Shown here in pieces: positions 25,050 to 37,456 of a DNA stretch of 64,000 bases. The stretch comes from Squalus acanthias (lineage: Eukaryota). The position numbers and the translations under genes are program-made. Where the stretch lies: positions 2,976,001 through 3,040,000 of the forward strand of contig CM059432.1 of NCBI GenBank assembly GCA_030390025.1, in the 5' to 3' direction. Each line of letters opens with the position of its first letter. Position 1 is the stretch's first letter. Below the pieces are notes generated by a model, which worked only from the letters and a program-made list of their open reading frames with translations, made no database searches and was not told the DNA's origin.

Positions 25050-25970
25050 TCTCTCTCTAAGGGACAGGAAACAGCGAGTTGTGGTAAATGGCTGTTTTTC
25101 AGACTGGAGGATGGTAGACAGTGGTGTTCCCCAAGGGTCAGTGCTGGGGCCACTGCTTTTTTTGATATATATAAATGACCTGGATATTGGAATACAGAGT
25201 AGAATTTCTAAATTTGCCGATGACACCAAACTTGGGGGTGTGGCAAACAGTGAGGATGATACCAATCGACTGCAACAGGACATAGAAAGACTAGCAGAAT
25301 GGGCAGACAAGTGGCAGATGGAATTTAATACAGAGAAGTGTGAGGTGATGCATTTTGGCAGAAGGAACAGGGAGAGGCAATATACATTTAATGGCACAGT
25401 TTTAAAGAGTGCACAGGGACAGAGGGACCTGGGAGTTAATGTGCATAGGTCCCTGAAGGTGGCTGGACATATTGAGAGAGTGGTTAACAAAGCATATGGG
25501 ATCTTGGGCTTCATAAATAGAGATATTGAGTACAAAAGTAGAGAAGTTATGCTGAACCTTTATAAAGCGTTGGTTAGACCACAACTGGAGTATTGTATCC
25601 AGTTCTGGTCACCACACTTTAGGAAGGATGTGAAGGCCCTTGAGAGGGTGCAGAGGAGATTTACCAGAATGGTTCCGGGGATGGGGGATCTTAGTTACAA
25701 GGACAGGTTGGAGAAGCTGGATTTGTTTTCATTAGCGCAAAGGAGGTTGAGGGGTGATTTGATAGAGGTGTACAATGATTATGACGGGTTTGGATAGGCT
25801 AGACGGGGAAAGGCTGTTCCCACTAGTTGATGGTACAAGGACTAGGGGACACAGATTTAAGGTTTTGGGCAAGAGATACAGGGGGGGATGTGAGGAAAAA
25901 CGTTTTTACGCAGCGAGTGGTGAGGACCTGGAACTCGCTGCCGACGGAAGTGGTGGAAGCGGAGACACTC
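25050..25970 (+). mobile_element. CR1 LINE RT fragment
   Basis: ORF 25081-25797 ([14 protein letters not shown]). Confidence 0.9.
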
Positions 25971-26863
25971 GGGGAAAAAATTCAGTTGGTTGCGCCTCCC
26001 GTTAGCGCCTTAAGAGGGCGCTAATGGGGCGCAAAGCAACTAGCGCCCGGGCGCGGCGATGTTTGCGCCGCTCGCGAAATTAACTGGACATTTTGCGGCG
26101 ACGCTAAACACTACCGCCACGATCTCCTGCGCCGGCAGATCGTGATGTCAGTCGAGTGCGCAACGCCCCGGTAGTGCCCCGGAGCTTATATTGAGTGGCG
26201 CCCCCTGCCTTACCGCCTGCCGCTAGCAACGACAGGTTGAGGGGAGCGTTTTGCAGTCATGAAGGGACTGGGGGAGCGCTATTTAAAGGTGACCGCTTCC
26301 TGCCTTTTATTGTTGGTGACATTTTTGAACCATGCATTCTGAGAGAGAGAGAGACAGACTTCTGGAGAGATTCAACGCTGTGTGAAGGAGTTTTGGGTAC
26401 TGAGCTGCACTTTGCAGTTTCATTTTGATTTGCCCTTCCTTGTATCGATTTAGAAGAGACTGTGGGGGCTGCACTCTGAGCTCTTTCCCTGGTACTCTCC
26501 ATTGTTCTTTCCAGCAGATTTGATGTACAGGTCTCTCCAGGCCGAGATTCAAGGCTGCAATGAGCAGGATGTGGATGGAGAGCAAGATCAACCCTCCCCT
26601 TTAAGAACTGGCCCGTGCCATTGTGTCTGTGTTCCATTGCTGACTGACATCACATGAGCTTCGCCAGCGCTCTGAGGTAAAGCCTCGCTCCTCGGCCTTT
26701 GCGCCTTAAGACAGGTGTGAAGCGCCTGATTTAGCGCTCCAATCACCTCCAGGGGCGATAAAAGTCAAGTTTGCAGTCGGAGGCGATAATTAGCGCCAGG
26801 CGCTAATCTTTGCGCCCGGCCGATAATTGCGCCCCAAATGGGGCGATACTGAATTTCTCCCCC
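25971..26863. mobile_element. Non-autonomous TIR element, inverted copy of 10361-11252
   Basis: Reverse-complement similarity along its length, and near-identical peptides in the ORF track. Confidence 0.8.
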
Positions 26864-26869
26864 TATGAC

Positions 26870-29555
26870 TCTAAGGGCTTGTATTCCCTTGAGTATAGAA
26901 GATTAAGGGGTGATCTAACTGAGGTGTTTAAGATGAGTAAAGGAATTGATAGGGTAGATGGAGAGAAACTATTTCCTCTGGTGGGGGGAGTCCAGGTCAA
27001 GGGGGCAGAACCTTAAAATTAGAGCCAGGCCGTTCAGGGGTGATGTCAGGAAACACTTCTTCACACAAAGGGTAGTGGAAATCTGGAACTCTCTCCCCAA
27101 AAAAGATTGTTATGGCTGAGGGCCACTTGAAAATTTCAAAACTGAATCCGATATATTTTTGCTAGGCCAGGATATTAAGTGATATAGAATCAAGTAGGGT
27201 AGATGGAGTTAAGATATGGATCAGCCCTGATCTGATTGAATGGCGGAACAGGCTCGAGGGGCCGAATGGCCTCCTCCTGCTCCTATGTTCCAAAGGTTAG
27301 ATGGTATTTGTTAGTTATTTTAGTAAATTGTTTAATCGCTCCACCATTGACGGCCGTGCCTTCAGCTGTCTGGGCCCTAAGCATGGAATTCCCTCCCTAA
27401 ACCTCTCCGCCTCTCTCTCCTCCTTTAAGACGCTCCTTAAAACCTCCATCTTTGCCCAAACTTTGGTTCTCCTGCCCTAACATCTCCCTGTGTGGCTCGA
27501 TGTCAAATTTTGTTTGATAATCGCTCCTGTGAAGCGCCTTGGGACATTTTACTACGTTAAAGGCGCTATATAAATACCAATTGTTAAAGATTTTAATGAA
27601 CAAAAACAACAACAACTTGTATTGACATGGCACCTTTAACGTAGTAAAACGTCCCAAGGCGCTGCATAGGAGTATTAAAAGACAAAAAAATTTGAATCTA
27701 CATTTATTTTAGACCGAGTCATTAGTTCAACTGCTGACCTCTCTACGCAAAGACAACTAGATTAAGTTTTCTATCAGGGAGCTCTTTTGCGGGTATCACT
27801 CATAGAGTCATAGAGTCATAACAGCACAGAAGGAGGCCATTTGGCCCATCGAGTCCGTGCCGGCTCTCTGTAGAGCAATCCAGTCAGTCCCATTCCCCCG
27901 CTCTATCCCTGTAGCCCGGCAAGTTTATTTCCCTCAAGTGCCTATCCAGCCTCCCCTTGAAAACATTGAGTGTCTCCGCTTCCACCACTTCCGTCGGCAG
28001 CGAGTTCCAGGTCCTCACCACTCGCTGCGTAAAAAGGTTTTTCCTCACATCCCTCCTGTATCTCTTGCCCAAAACCTTAAATCTGTGTCCCCTCGTCCTT
28101 GTACCATCAACTAGTGGGAACAACCTTTCCCCGTCTAGCCTATCCAAACCCGTCATAATCTTGTACACCTCTATCAAATCACCCAGCAACCTCCTTTGCT
28201 CTAATTAAAACCAGCTTCTCCAACCTGACCTTGTAGCTAAGATCCCCCATCCCCGGAACCATTCTGGTAAATCTCCTCTGCACCCTCTCCTAAAGTGTGG
28301 TGACCAGAACTGGGCGCAATACTCCAGTTGTGGCCTAACCAGCGCTTTATAAAGGTTCAGCATAACTTCTCTACTTTTGTACTCAATGCTTGTGATTTTA
28401 TTGCTAGACTCTTTCACTGTCCGTACAATCTTGGCAGTTTCAGAATAAAGTTCTTGTATTCTTGCACCAGCTCCATTTAACCTGAAGAGGGCGCAGCACA
28501 CAGTTATTGCGGGCACCGCTTCACGATGATGGATCTGTGAGGAGTCTACAGTTCATCCTAATGCAGTTAATCACCAATTTAAAAGAAAAAAAAATGTGAT
28601 TGCTGCTGAACAGTCAACGGGATGCAGAATTTTGGGATGCGCATCTGAGATTGGAGGGAGCACAGCGCAGGTTTACCAGAATGATACCCGGACTCCAAGG
28701 GTTAAATTACGAGGAGAGATTACACAAACTAGGGTTGTATTCCCTGGAATTTAGAAGGTTAAAGGGCGATCTGTTCGAAGTTTTCAGGATTTTAAGGGGA
28801 ACAGAAAGGGTAGATAGAGAGAAACTATTTCCGCTGGTTGGGGAGTCTAGGACTAGGGGGGGCATCGTCTAAAAATTAGAGCCAGACCTTTCAGGAGTGA
28901 AATTAAGAAACACTTCTACACACAAAGGGTGGTAGAAGTTTGGAACTCTCTTCCGCAAACGTCAATTAATGCAAGATCAATTAATTTTAAATCAGAGATT
29001 TAAATATCCCAAAGATATTAAGGGATATGGGGCAAAGGCGGGTATATGGAGTTAGGTCGCAGATCAGCCATGATCTCATTGAATGGCGGAACAGGCTGGA
29101 GGGGCTGAATGGCCTCCTCCTGTTCCTATGTTCCTATTGATCCCCTTAGAGCAGAGAAGGTTAAGGGGAGATTTAATAGAGGAGTTCAGAATTATGAAGG
29201 GTTTTGACAGAGTAAATAAGGAGAAACTGTTTCCACTGGCAGAAAGGTCAGTAACCAGAGGTCAGAGATTTACGGTAATTGGCAAAATAGGCGGGGGGAG
29301 GGGTGGGGAATGAGGAGAATTTTTTTACGCAGCGAGTTGTTGTGATCTGGAATGTGCTGCCTGAAAGGGTGGAAGCAGATTCAATAGTAACTTTCGAAAG
29401 GGAATTGGATAAATACTTGAAAAGGAAAATTTGCAGGGCTACAGGGAAAGAGCAGGGGTGGGGGGGGAGAGAGGGACTAATTGGAGAGCTCTTTCAAAGA
29501 GCCGGCACAGACACGATGGGCCGAATGGCCTCCTCCTGTGCTGTATCAGTCTATG
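26870..29555. mobile_element. Cluster of CR1 3' fragments (26870-27290 +, 27800-28390 -, 28645-29135 +, 29140-29555 +) and L2 tails
   Basis: Repeated RRLRGDLIEV, RTRGH and FTQRVV motifs with CR1 3' hairpins. Confidence 0.85.
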
Positions 29556-31364
29556 AATCTCGAAAGGCGATGGTGAATTTCGCAGAAATCTACTGTGGAT
29601 CTTCTTCACCAGTACAGCGAGGAGGTACAAAGTCAAAAAAATTAATGCCCAGATGCTGCCTTCTGATCTACATGATATCAGTATTCACACACAAGTAACT
29701 GCCTCTGTGCTGCTGCAGAAAGTCTATCTACATCACACGCAGGTTCAGTAGGTTCGCAACATAAATGGTGCTCACTACTGAGGTGAGACTGCAGCAACTA
29801 ACTCACAACAACAACTTGCATTTATAGAGCACCTTCAGTGCAATAAAAATGTCTTCACTTCACAGGAGCGTTTGAAGACAAAACTTGACACCGAGCCACA
29901 TAAGGAGGTACCAGGACAGACTTGGTCGAAGAGGGAGGTTTTAAGGAGCGTCTTAAAGGAGGAGAGAGAGGCGGAGAGGCGGAGAGGTTTAGGGAGGGAA
30001 TTCCAGAGCTTAGGACATCGGCAGCTGAAGGCACGGCCGTCAACAGCAAAGCCAACAATAAACCATGACTGATGTCCATAAAAGTTATGGGTTTTATTAA
30101 TTCATTAAAAATTAGGCAGAGACAATGAGTTTTAAAGTTTTTCTTTTGTGACTAATACTTTTCATAAGCATTAAACCCTTTGAAGAAGGGAATTGGATAA
30201 ATACTATAAAGGAAAGATTTGCAGGGCTGTGGGGAAAGAGCCAGGGGGGGAGTGGGACTAATTGGAGAGCTCGTTCAGAGAGCAGGCACAGGCACGATGG
30301 GCCGAATGGCCTCCCTCTGCGCTGTGCGATTTTCTAAATCCATTCAGACAGGTGATTGCCCAGTGCTTTTGGAGTTTGTAACTGACAGAATAAGATTTGT
30401 GTTATTAAAATGGACTTTAAGCTGTGCCTTTGCACCTTTTCAACAGCTAATAAAATAGCATGGACCAGTTGGGCCGAATGACCTGTTTCTGTGTTGGACA
30501 TTCTATGTAATTCTATGTAATTAGACCGGGCTGTGTGTTGTAGAATGTCCCACAACTCTGTGCTGTGATGGGTTTGAAAGCATATGTTTTCAAATCCCTC
30601 CATGGCCTCGCTCCCTCCCTATCTCTGTATCCTCTACCAGTGCTACAACCCTCCGAGATCTCTGCCCTCCTCCAATTCTGGCCTCTTGCGCATCCCCGAT
30701 TTCCATCGCTCCACCATTGGCGGCCGTGCCTTCAGCTGCCGGGGCCCCGAGCTCTGGAATTCCCTCCCTAAACCTCTCCGCCTCTCTCTCCTCCTTTAAG
30801 ATGCTCCTTAAAACCGACCTCTTTGACCAAGCTTTTGGTCACGTGTCCTAATATCTCCTTATGTGGATCAATGTCAAATTTTGTTTGACAATCGCTCCTG
30901 TGAAGCGCCTTGGGATGTTTTACTACGTTAAAGGCGCTGTATAAATACAAGTTGTTGTTGTTGTTGAAAGGAACGAGTTTTAACTGGACTGCAATCAATT
31001 TTTTAAAAATCTCCCCAAACACACACACACACACAAATCTGCATGTAATGAAATAGACATCAAGTCCTGGATATTAACACACCCCAAGGCAAGCCAGTTC
31101 AACGTCAAAATCCTCTGATTCATTTCAGATTGATCTATTATATAAAATAAATCCTTAGGTATAAAACTATCATCAACATTTAAGCAGGCTGTCCTTTAAT
31201 GCACAATCGACTCGCTAGCTGTGAACACTCATTCAAATGCTTACATTTTAATATAAGCAACCATTGCCAGAAATCATGGGAAGTGATCTGAACGGCAAAC
31301 CGAGCTGCAAGCAAATCCATGGGCTGATTTATCCCCCGTCACTCACCCGTGTCATTGAATAATA

Positions 31365-31790
31365 AAGAAAAGACAGACTTGCGTTTATATAGCGCCTTTC
31401 TCGACCTCAGGATGTCCCAAAGCGCTTCACAGCCAATGAAGTACTTTTTGAAGTGTAGTCACTGTTGTAATGTAGGAAACGCGGCAGCCAGTTTGCGCAC
31501 AGCAAGATCCCACAAACAGCAATGTGATAATGACCAGATCATCTGTTTTTTAGTGATGTTGGTTGAGGGATTAATATTGGCCCCAGGACACCGGGGAGAA
31601 CTCCCCTGCTCTTCTTCGAAATAGTGGCCGTGGGATCTTTTACGTCCACCTGAGAGAGCAGACGGGGCCTCGGTTTAACGTCTCATCCGAAAGACGGCAC
31701 CTCCGCCAGTGCAGCACTCCCTCAGCACTGCACTGGGAGTGTCAGCCTAGATTTATGTGCTCCAGTCCCTGGAGTGGGACTTGAACCTTG
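31365..31790 (-). mobile_element. Deu-domain tRNA-derived SINE (head truncated)
   Basis: Central TGCCGTCTTTCGGATGAGACGTTAAACCGAGG...AAAGATCCCA domain and an L2-like tail. Confidence 0.8.
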
Positions 31791-31971
31791 TGACTGCACC
31801 AGTTCTGAATGTTTACTTCCAATTTAAAATCCTGCCAAACCCCGTTGGATTAACTTTGGGTTAACTCCATGATTATATTCCTTCTTTTTCACAAAGGCTA
31901 TTTCACAAATGCAAGATCTGATCTCGTCTCCAACTCGATTTGTAACAGATTTTGAAAGGATTGTTAAATAC

Positions 31972-32078
31972 CTGGCTGCCGGTGGCTGCGAGGGTGTGAT
32001 CGAACTGCCGGTAGACAGAGAGTGGAACAGGGGCTGGGACTGAGACTCCGGCTCGATTCCCTGGTGTGAGCGGTGCAT
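31972..32078 (-). CDS. AQP4: AQP4 putative first coding exon (M1-like N-terminus MHRSHQGIEPESQSQPLFHSLSTGSSITPSQPPAA)
   Basis: ATG at 32078-32076. The exon is 107 nt (35 codons + 2) and ends AG|GTATTT. This phase-2 donor matches the phase required by the exon-2 acceptor. It lies in unique GC-rich DNA just downstream of GC-box and TATA-like motifs. No protein homology was recognised, so the assignment is inferred. Confidence 0.7.
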
Positions 32079-32099
32079 TGTAACTCCTGCAGCCCCGGA

Positions 32100-32185
32100 C
32101 CTCCTTAATAAGCGGCCAGTGAGAGAGGGAGAGCACGTCCCACTCCCGGGACAGGGTAACACCTGAATAAATAGGGCGGATCGCA
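32100..32185 (-). promoter_or_regulatory. Candidate AQP4 proximal promoter (GC box and TATA-like motifs)
   Basis: Minus strand reads TCCGCCC-TATTTATTC at about 32181-32165 and TATTAA at about 32110, 30-100 nt upstream of the exon-1 ATG. Motif-level evidence only. Confidence 0.4.
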
Positions 32186-32269
32186 GAGAGTCCCGCCCCA
32201 GGACAGCCCACACTGCCTGGCTATGGCACTGGGCACCTAAATAACAGAGTAACTACTCAACAGTGTATC

Positions 32270-32936
32270 ACACTCACAGACACAGACAGAGGCACATAGA
32301 CAGACAGACACACACAGAGACACAACACAGACAGAGTCACACAGACAGAGACAGACACACACAGACAGACACACACAGACAGAGTCACACAGACAGAGAC
32401 AGACACACAGACAGAGACACACAGACAGAGTCACACAGACAGAGACAGACACACAGACAGAGACACACAGACAGAGACAGACACACACAGACAGACACAC
32501 ACAGACAGAGTCACACAGACAGAGACACACAGACAGAGACACAACACACAGAGACAGACACACAACACACAGACACACAGACAGAGACACAACATACAGA
32601 CAGAGACACACAGACAGACACACACACACAAGACAGAGACACACAGACAGACACACACACACAAGACAGAGACACACAGACAGACACACACAGACAGACA
32701 TACAGACAGAAACACAACACAGAGACACAGACACACAGACAGAGACACACAGAGACACAGACAGACACACAGACAGAGACACACAGACAGAGACACGCAG
32801 ACAGACACACACAGAGACACAGACACAGAGACACAAACAGAGACACACAGACAGACACACAGACAGAGACACAGACAGAGACACACACAGACAGACACAG
32901 ATACACACAGACAGACACAGACTCACACAGACACAG
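32270..32936. repeat. Compound (CA)/(GA)/ACAG microsatellite, about 670 bp
   Basis: Almost T-free runs of CACAGACAGAGA on the + strand. It produces spurious long VC-rich and THRQ-rich ORFs. Confidence 0.97.
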
Positions 32937-33054
32937 AAGGAGGCCATTTCGCCCGGTGCGGACTCGATGGGCCAAATGGCCTCCTTCTGTGCCGTTATGA
33001 CTATGACTCAATGATTCTATGACATACACACACACATACAGCCCACACACAGAC

Positions 33055-34250
33055 AACAACAACAACTTGTATTTATATAGCGCCTTTAACGTAGTATAAC
33101 GTCCCAAGGCGCTTCACAGGAGCGATTATCAAACAAAATTTGACACCGAGCCACATAAGGAGATATTAGGGCAGGTGACCAAAAGCTTGGTCAAAGAGGT
33201 CGGTTTTAAGGAGCGTCTTAAAGGAGGAGAGAGAGGTAGCGAGGCGGAGAGGTTTAGGGAGGGAATTCCAGAGCTTAGGGCCCAGGCAGCTGAAGGCACG
33301 GCCACCAATGGTTGAGCGAATATAATCAGGGATGCTCAAGAGGGCAGAATTAGAGGAGCGCAGATATCTCGGGGGGTTGTGGGGCTGAAGGAGATTACAG
33401 AGATAGAGAGGGGGCGAGGCCATGGAGGGATTTGAAAACAAGGATGAGAATTTGAAATCAAGGCATTGCTTAACCGGAAGCCAATGTAGGTCAGCGAGCA
33501 CAGGGGAGATGGGTGAACGGGACTTGGTGTGAGTTAGGACACGGGCAGCCGAGTTTTGGATGACCTCAAGTTTACGTAGGGTGGAATGTGGGAGGCCAGC
33601 CAGGAGTGCGTTGGAATAGTCAAATCTAGAGGTAACAAAGGCATGGATGAGGGTTTCAGCAGCGGATGAGCTGAGGCAAGGGCGGAGACGGGCGATGTTA
33701 CGGAGGTGGAAGTAGGCGGTCTTTGTTATGCTGTGGATATGTGGTCGGCAGCTCATTTCAGGGTCAAATCAAGGTTGCGAACAGTGTGGTTCAGCCTCAG
33801 ACAGATGTTAAGGAGAGGGATGGAGTCAGTGGCTAGGGAACGGAGTTTGTGGCGGGGACCGAAAACAATGGCTTCAGTCTTCCCAATATTTAATTGGAGA
33901 AAATTTCTGTTCATCCAGAACTGGATGTCGGACAAGCAGTCTGGCAATTTAGACACCATGGAGGGGGTCGAGAAAAGTGGTGGTGAGGTAGAGCTGGGTG
34001 TCGTCAGCGTACATGTGGAAACTGACGCTGTGTTTTCGGATGATGTCGCCAAGGGGCAACATGTAGATGAGAAATAGGAGGCGGCCAAGGATAGATCCTT
34101 GAGGGACACCAGAGGTAACGGTGCGGGAGCGGGAAGAGAAGCCGTTGCAGGTGATTCTCTGGCTACGATTAGATAGATAAGAATGGAACCAGGCGAGTGC
34201 AGTCCCACCCAGCTGGACGACAGTGGAGAGTCGCTGGAGAAACTCTGTGT
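33055..34250 (-). mobile_element. L2 LINE 3' 1.2 kb
   Basis: GVPQGSILG...[12 protein letters not shown]...MYADDTQLY and AETLIHAFVTSRFDYSN...LHWLPV, with a (TTG)n tail. Confidence 0.92.
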
Positions 34251-34969
34251 TGAGACGGGTTTGGAAGCATATGTTTTCAAATCCCTCCACGGCCTCGCCC
34301 CCTCCCTATCTCTGTAACCTCCTCCAGCCTTAAAACCCTCCGAGATCTCTGTGCCCTCCTCCAATTCTGGCCTCTTGAGCATCCCCGATTTCCATCGCTC
34401 CACCATTGGCGGCCGTGCCTTCAGCTGCCGAGGCCCCGAGCTCTGGAATTCGCTCCCTAAACCCCTCCGCCTCTCTCCCCTCCTTAAAACCTACCTCTTT
34501 GACCAAGCTTTAGGTCATATGTTCAATGATCTACTTACGTGCCTTGGTGTCAATTTTGTCTTATAACGCTTTGTGAGGTGCTTTGGGACGTTTTACACGT
34601 TGAAGGCGCTATAGAGACACACGTTGTTGTTGTAATCGGAATCCTAGTGCACTAAAATTATAGATCTGAGTCTTATAAGGTGTGCGCTGTGGGCTGGGTG
34701 TGAAATATAACTCAGTCCAGCGTGAAGTTACATTTTAGAAGTGTTCAGACATCGACTGTAACCTCCTGGGGATTTTCCAAACAGATGTTCAACGCTTTTA
34801 ATGGTGAAAGCTGACACTCCCACGTACCCTCAGGAGTGACACAGATTGCAGACGCAGGGAAACATGAGGAGCTCCGTTCAATTTTAAGCATGATGCAAAT
34901 CGAAATAAATTGCAGGTTAACCATACGGGCGATGGTCATCCTAATGAGCAGCGTTTGTTAAACGCCTGT

Positions 34970-35239
34970 GGCCCCAATTTTAACTCCGGGTGGATTTCCC
35001 CGCGCAGGCCCGAGTTAAAATCACAGTCGGGTCTCAATGATGTCATCGGGCCGCAACACGCCCGTGTAAAGAAGGACCCCCGTTGGCTCCGGGCGCCTGT
35101 CCTCGCTGCCTGCTCAGGAGAGCGGGTTAAAGTCGCAGATGTTGCGATCGTGGCGGCTTCTGCCAGGTAAGAGCCCGGGGCGATTTTAACTGCCCGCCCG
35201 CCAGGTTTCTGCTGAGCGAGTGGGGTTAAAATTACCCCC
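34970..35239. mobile_element. Short MITE (about 270 bp)
   Basis: Ends share an inverted ATTTTAAC core with GC-rich tips. A same-orientation copy lies at 50180-50436. Confidence 0.7.
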
Positions 35240-35249
35240 GCAGACACAC

Positions 35250-35728
35250 AAAAAAAAGACTTGCATTTCTATAGTGCCTGTCACGACCACCGGACGTCTC
35301 AAAGCGCTTTACAGCCAATGAAGTACTTTTTGAAGTGTAGTCACTGTTGTAATGTAGGAAGCGCGGCAGCCAATTTACGCACAGCAAGCTCCCACAAACA
35401 GCAATGTGATAATGACCAGATAATCTGTTTTTGTTATGTTGGTTGAGGGATAAATATTGGCCCCAGGACACCGGGGAGAACTCCCCTGCTCTTCTTCGAA
35501 GTTGTGCCGTGGGATCTTTTACGTCCACCTGAGAGGGCAGACGTAAAAGATCTCGGTTTAACGTCTCATCCCAACGATGGCACCTCCGACAGTGCAGCAC
35601 TCCCTCAGCACTGCACTGCGAGTGTCAGCCTAGATTTTTGTGCTCAAGTCTCTCGAGTGGGACTCGAACCCACAACCTTCTGACTCAAGGGCGAGAGAGA
35701 GTGCGACCCACTGAGCCACGGCTGACAC
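35250..35728 (-). mobile_element. Full-length Deu-domain tRNA-derived SINE
   Basis: Head GTGTCAGCCGTGGCTCAGTGG (box A) to GGTTCGAGTCCC (box B), then the Deu domain and an L2-like tail. Confidence 0.88.
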
Positions 35729-35860
35729 ATAAAGTTGCATTTGTCGATAAACTAACAAATATCATCCATATTAGGTATGGTCTCCTGAGGAACGTATTCT
35801 ATATTTAAAAAGAGGTAAAGCACAAAATATGGAAAGAAATAAACTAAACCGAATGATTAT

Positions 35861-36332
35861 AGAAAGAAGAAAGACTTGCATTTCTATAACACCTTGAATG
35901 ACCACCGGACGTCCCAAAGCACTTTACAGCCAATGAAGTACTTTTTGAAGTGGAGTCACTGTTGTAATGTAGGAAATGCGGCAGCCAATTTGCGCACAGC
36001 AAGCTCCCACAAACAGCAATGTGATAACGACCAGATAATCTGTTTTAGAGATGTCGATAGTGGGATAAATATTGGCCCCAGGTCACCGGGGATAACTCCC
36101 CTGCTCTTCTTTGAAATAGTGGCCACGGGATCTTTTACGTCCACCTGAGAGGGCAGACGGGGCCTCGGTTTAACGTCTCATCCAAAACACGGCGCCTCCG
36201 ACAGTGCAGCACTCCCTCAGTACTGCACTGGGAGTGTCAGCTATTTGCCGCTCAAGTCTCTGGAGTGGGACTTGAACCCACGACCTTCTGATTCAGAGGT
36301 GAGGGCACTACCCACTGAGCCACGGCTGACAC
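35861..36332 (-). mobile_element. Full-length Deu-domain tRNA-derived SINE
   Basis: Same structure as 35250-35728. Further copies or fragments lie at about 1-82, 925-1100, 22385-22545, 24787-24968, 40040-40476, 48605-49018, 59530-59795 and 62140-62255. Confidence 0.88.
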
Positions 36333-36427
36333 AACATAGTCACAAAATTGGAATGCTATTGCTTGACAATTTACTTTGCAGTGGCCAAGCAGCCTGATCT
36401 TATCCAAAGATTCAAAGATTAGTTGGC

Positions 36428-36930
36428 ATTTTTTTTTTCGCTTATGGGATGTGGGCGTCGCTGGCAAGGCCGGCATTTATTGCCCATCCCTAATTGCCCT
36501 CGAGAAGGTGGTGGTGAGCTGCCTTCTTGAACCGCTGCAGTCCGTGTGGTGAAGGTGCTCCCGCAGTGCTGTTAGGGAGCGAGTTCCAGGATTTTGACCC
36601 AGCGACGATGAAGGAACGGCGATGTACTTCTAAGTCAGGATGGTGTGTGACTTGGAGGGGAACTTGGAGGTGGTGGTGTTCCCATGCACCTGCTGCCCTT
36701 GTTCTTCTAGGTGGTAGAGATTGCAGGTTTAGGAGGTACTGCCTAAGAAGCCTTGGCGAGTTGCTGCAGTGCATCTTGTAGATGGTACACACTGCAGCCA
36801 CAGTGCGCCGGTGGTGGAGGGAGTGAGTGTTTAATGTGGTGGATGGGGTGCCGAGCAAGGGGGCTGCTTTGTCCTGGATGGTGTCGAGCTTCTTGAGTGG
36901 GCAAGTGGAGAGTATTCCATCACACTCCTT
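36428..36930 (-). mobile_element. 3' fragment of the LINE family at 1306-9170
   Basis: ORF 36490-36858 (HHRRTVAAVCTIYKMHCSNSPRLL) and an identical-type 3' tail. Confidence 0.85.
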
Positions 36931-37329
36931 ACATGAACAAGGTAATCTTGTGGCAGACGTGACCTGACATCACTCGGGAATAGCATTTAATTCCATTTCA
37001 ACAATAAGAAGTATCTCTTTAAGAATCTGACGCTCGATGCTAAATGGTACCTTTTTTTGTTCTGCTCAAGCTCACCCAAAACTCTGCTCTCCGTATCGTA
37101 AGTCGCACCAAGTCCTGTTCACCCATCACCCTCCGTGCTCGCAGTCCGGCAACACCTCGAATTTAAAATCCTCATCCTCGTTTTCAAATCCCTCCATGGC
37201 CCTCGCCCCCCGCCCCCCCATCTCTGTAACCTCCTCCAGCCCCACAACCTTCCGAGATCTCCGCGCTCCTCCAATTCTATCCTCTTGTGCATCCCCGATT
37301 TCCTTCGTCCCATTGTAGACGGATGCTGC

Positions 37330-37456
37330 CAACGTTCCCTTTAAGCTGTGCAGCCGGCTTGTCAATGCAAAAACCGCCCGTACCCAGGATTTTGGATGGC
37401 CCACGCAGCCCCTTAAAGGGGCCGTGCAGTGCCAAAGAATATTAGAGGGAATATTG
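37330..37456. mobile_element. hAT-type MITE
   Basis: TIRs CAACGTTCCCTTTAA and TTAGAGGGAATATTG, with 8-bp TSD GATGCTGC/GATACTGC. Confidence 0.75.

Larger units (their letters stand above)
11961..32078 (-). other. AQP4: Aquaporin-4 gene span (5 coding exons; about 346 aa long form and 299 aa M23-like form once the exon-3 indel is corrected)
   Basis: Exons are joined by GT-AG introns with matching phases. Translation has AQP4 hallmarks: [48 protein letters not shown] and C-terminal LLSSV. Adjacent to CHST9, as in mammals. Confidence 0.97.

Noticed and set aside
32237..33107. Long ORFs (155-245 aa) rich in V/C/S/L or T/H/R/Q/D
   Set aside because: They are translations of the compound microsatellite, not genes.
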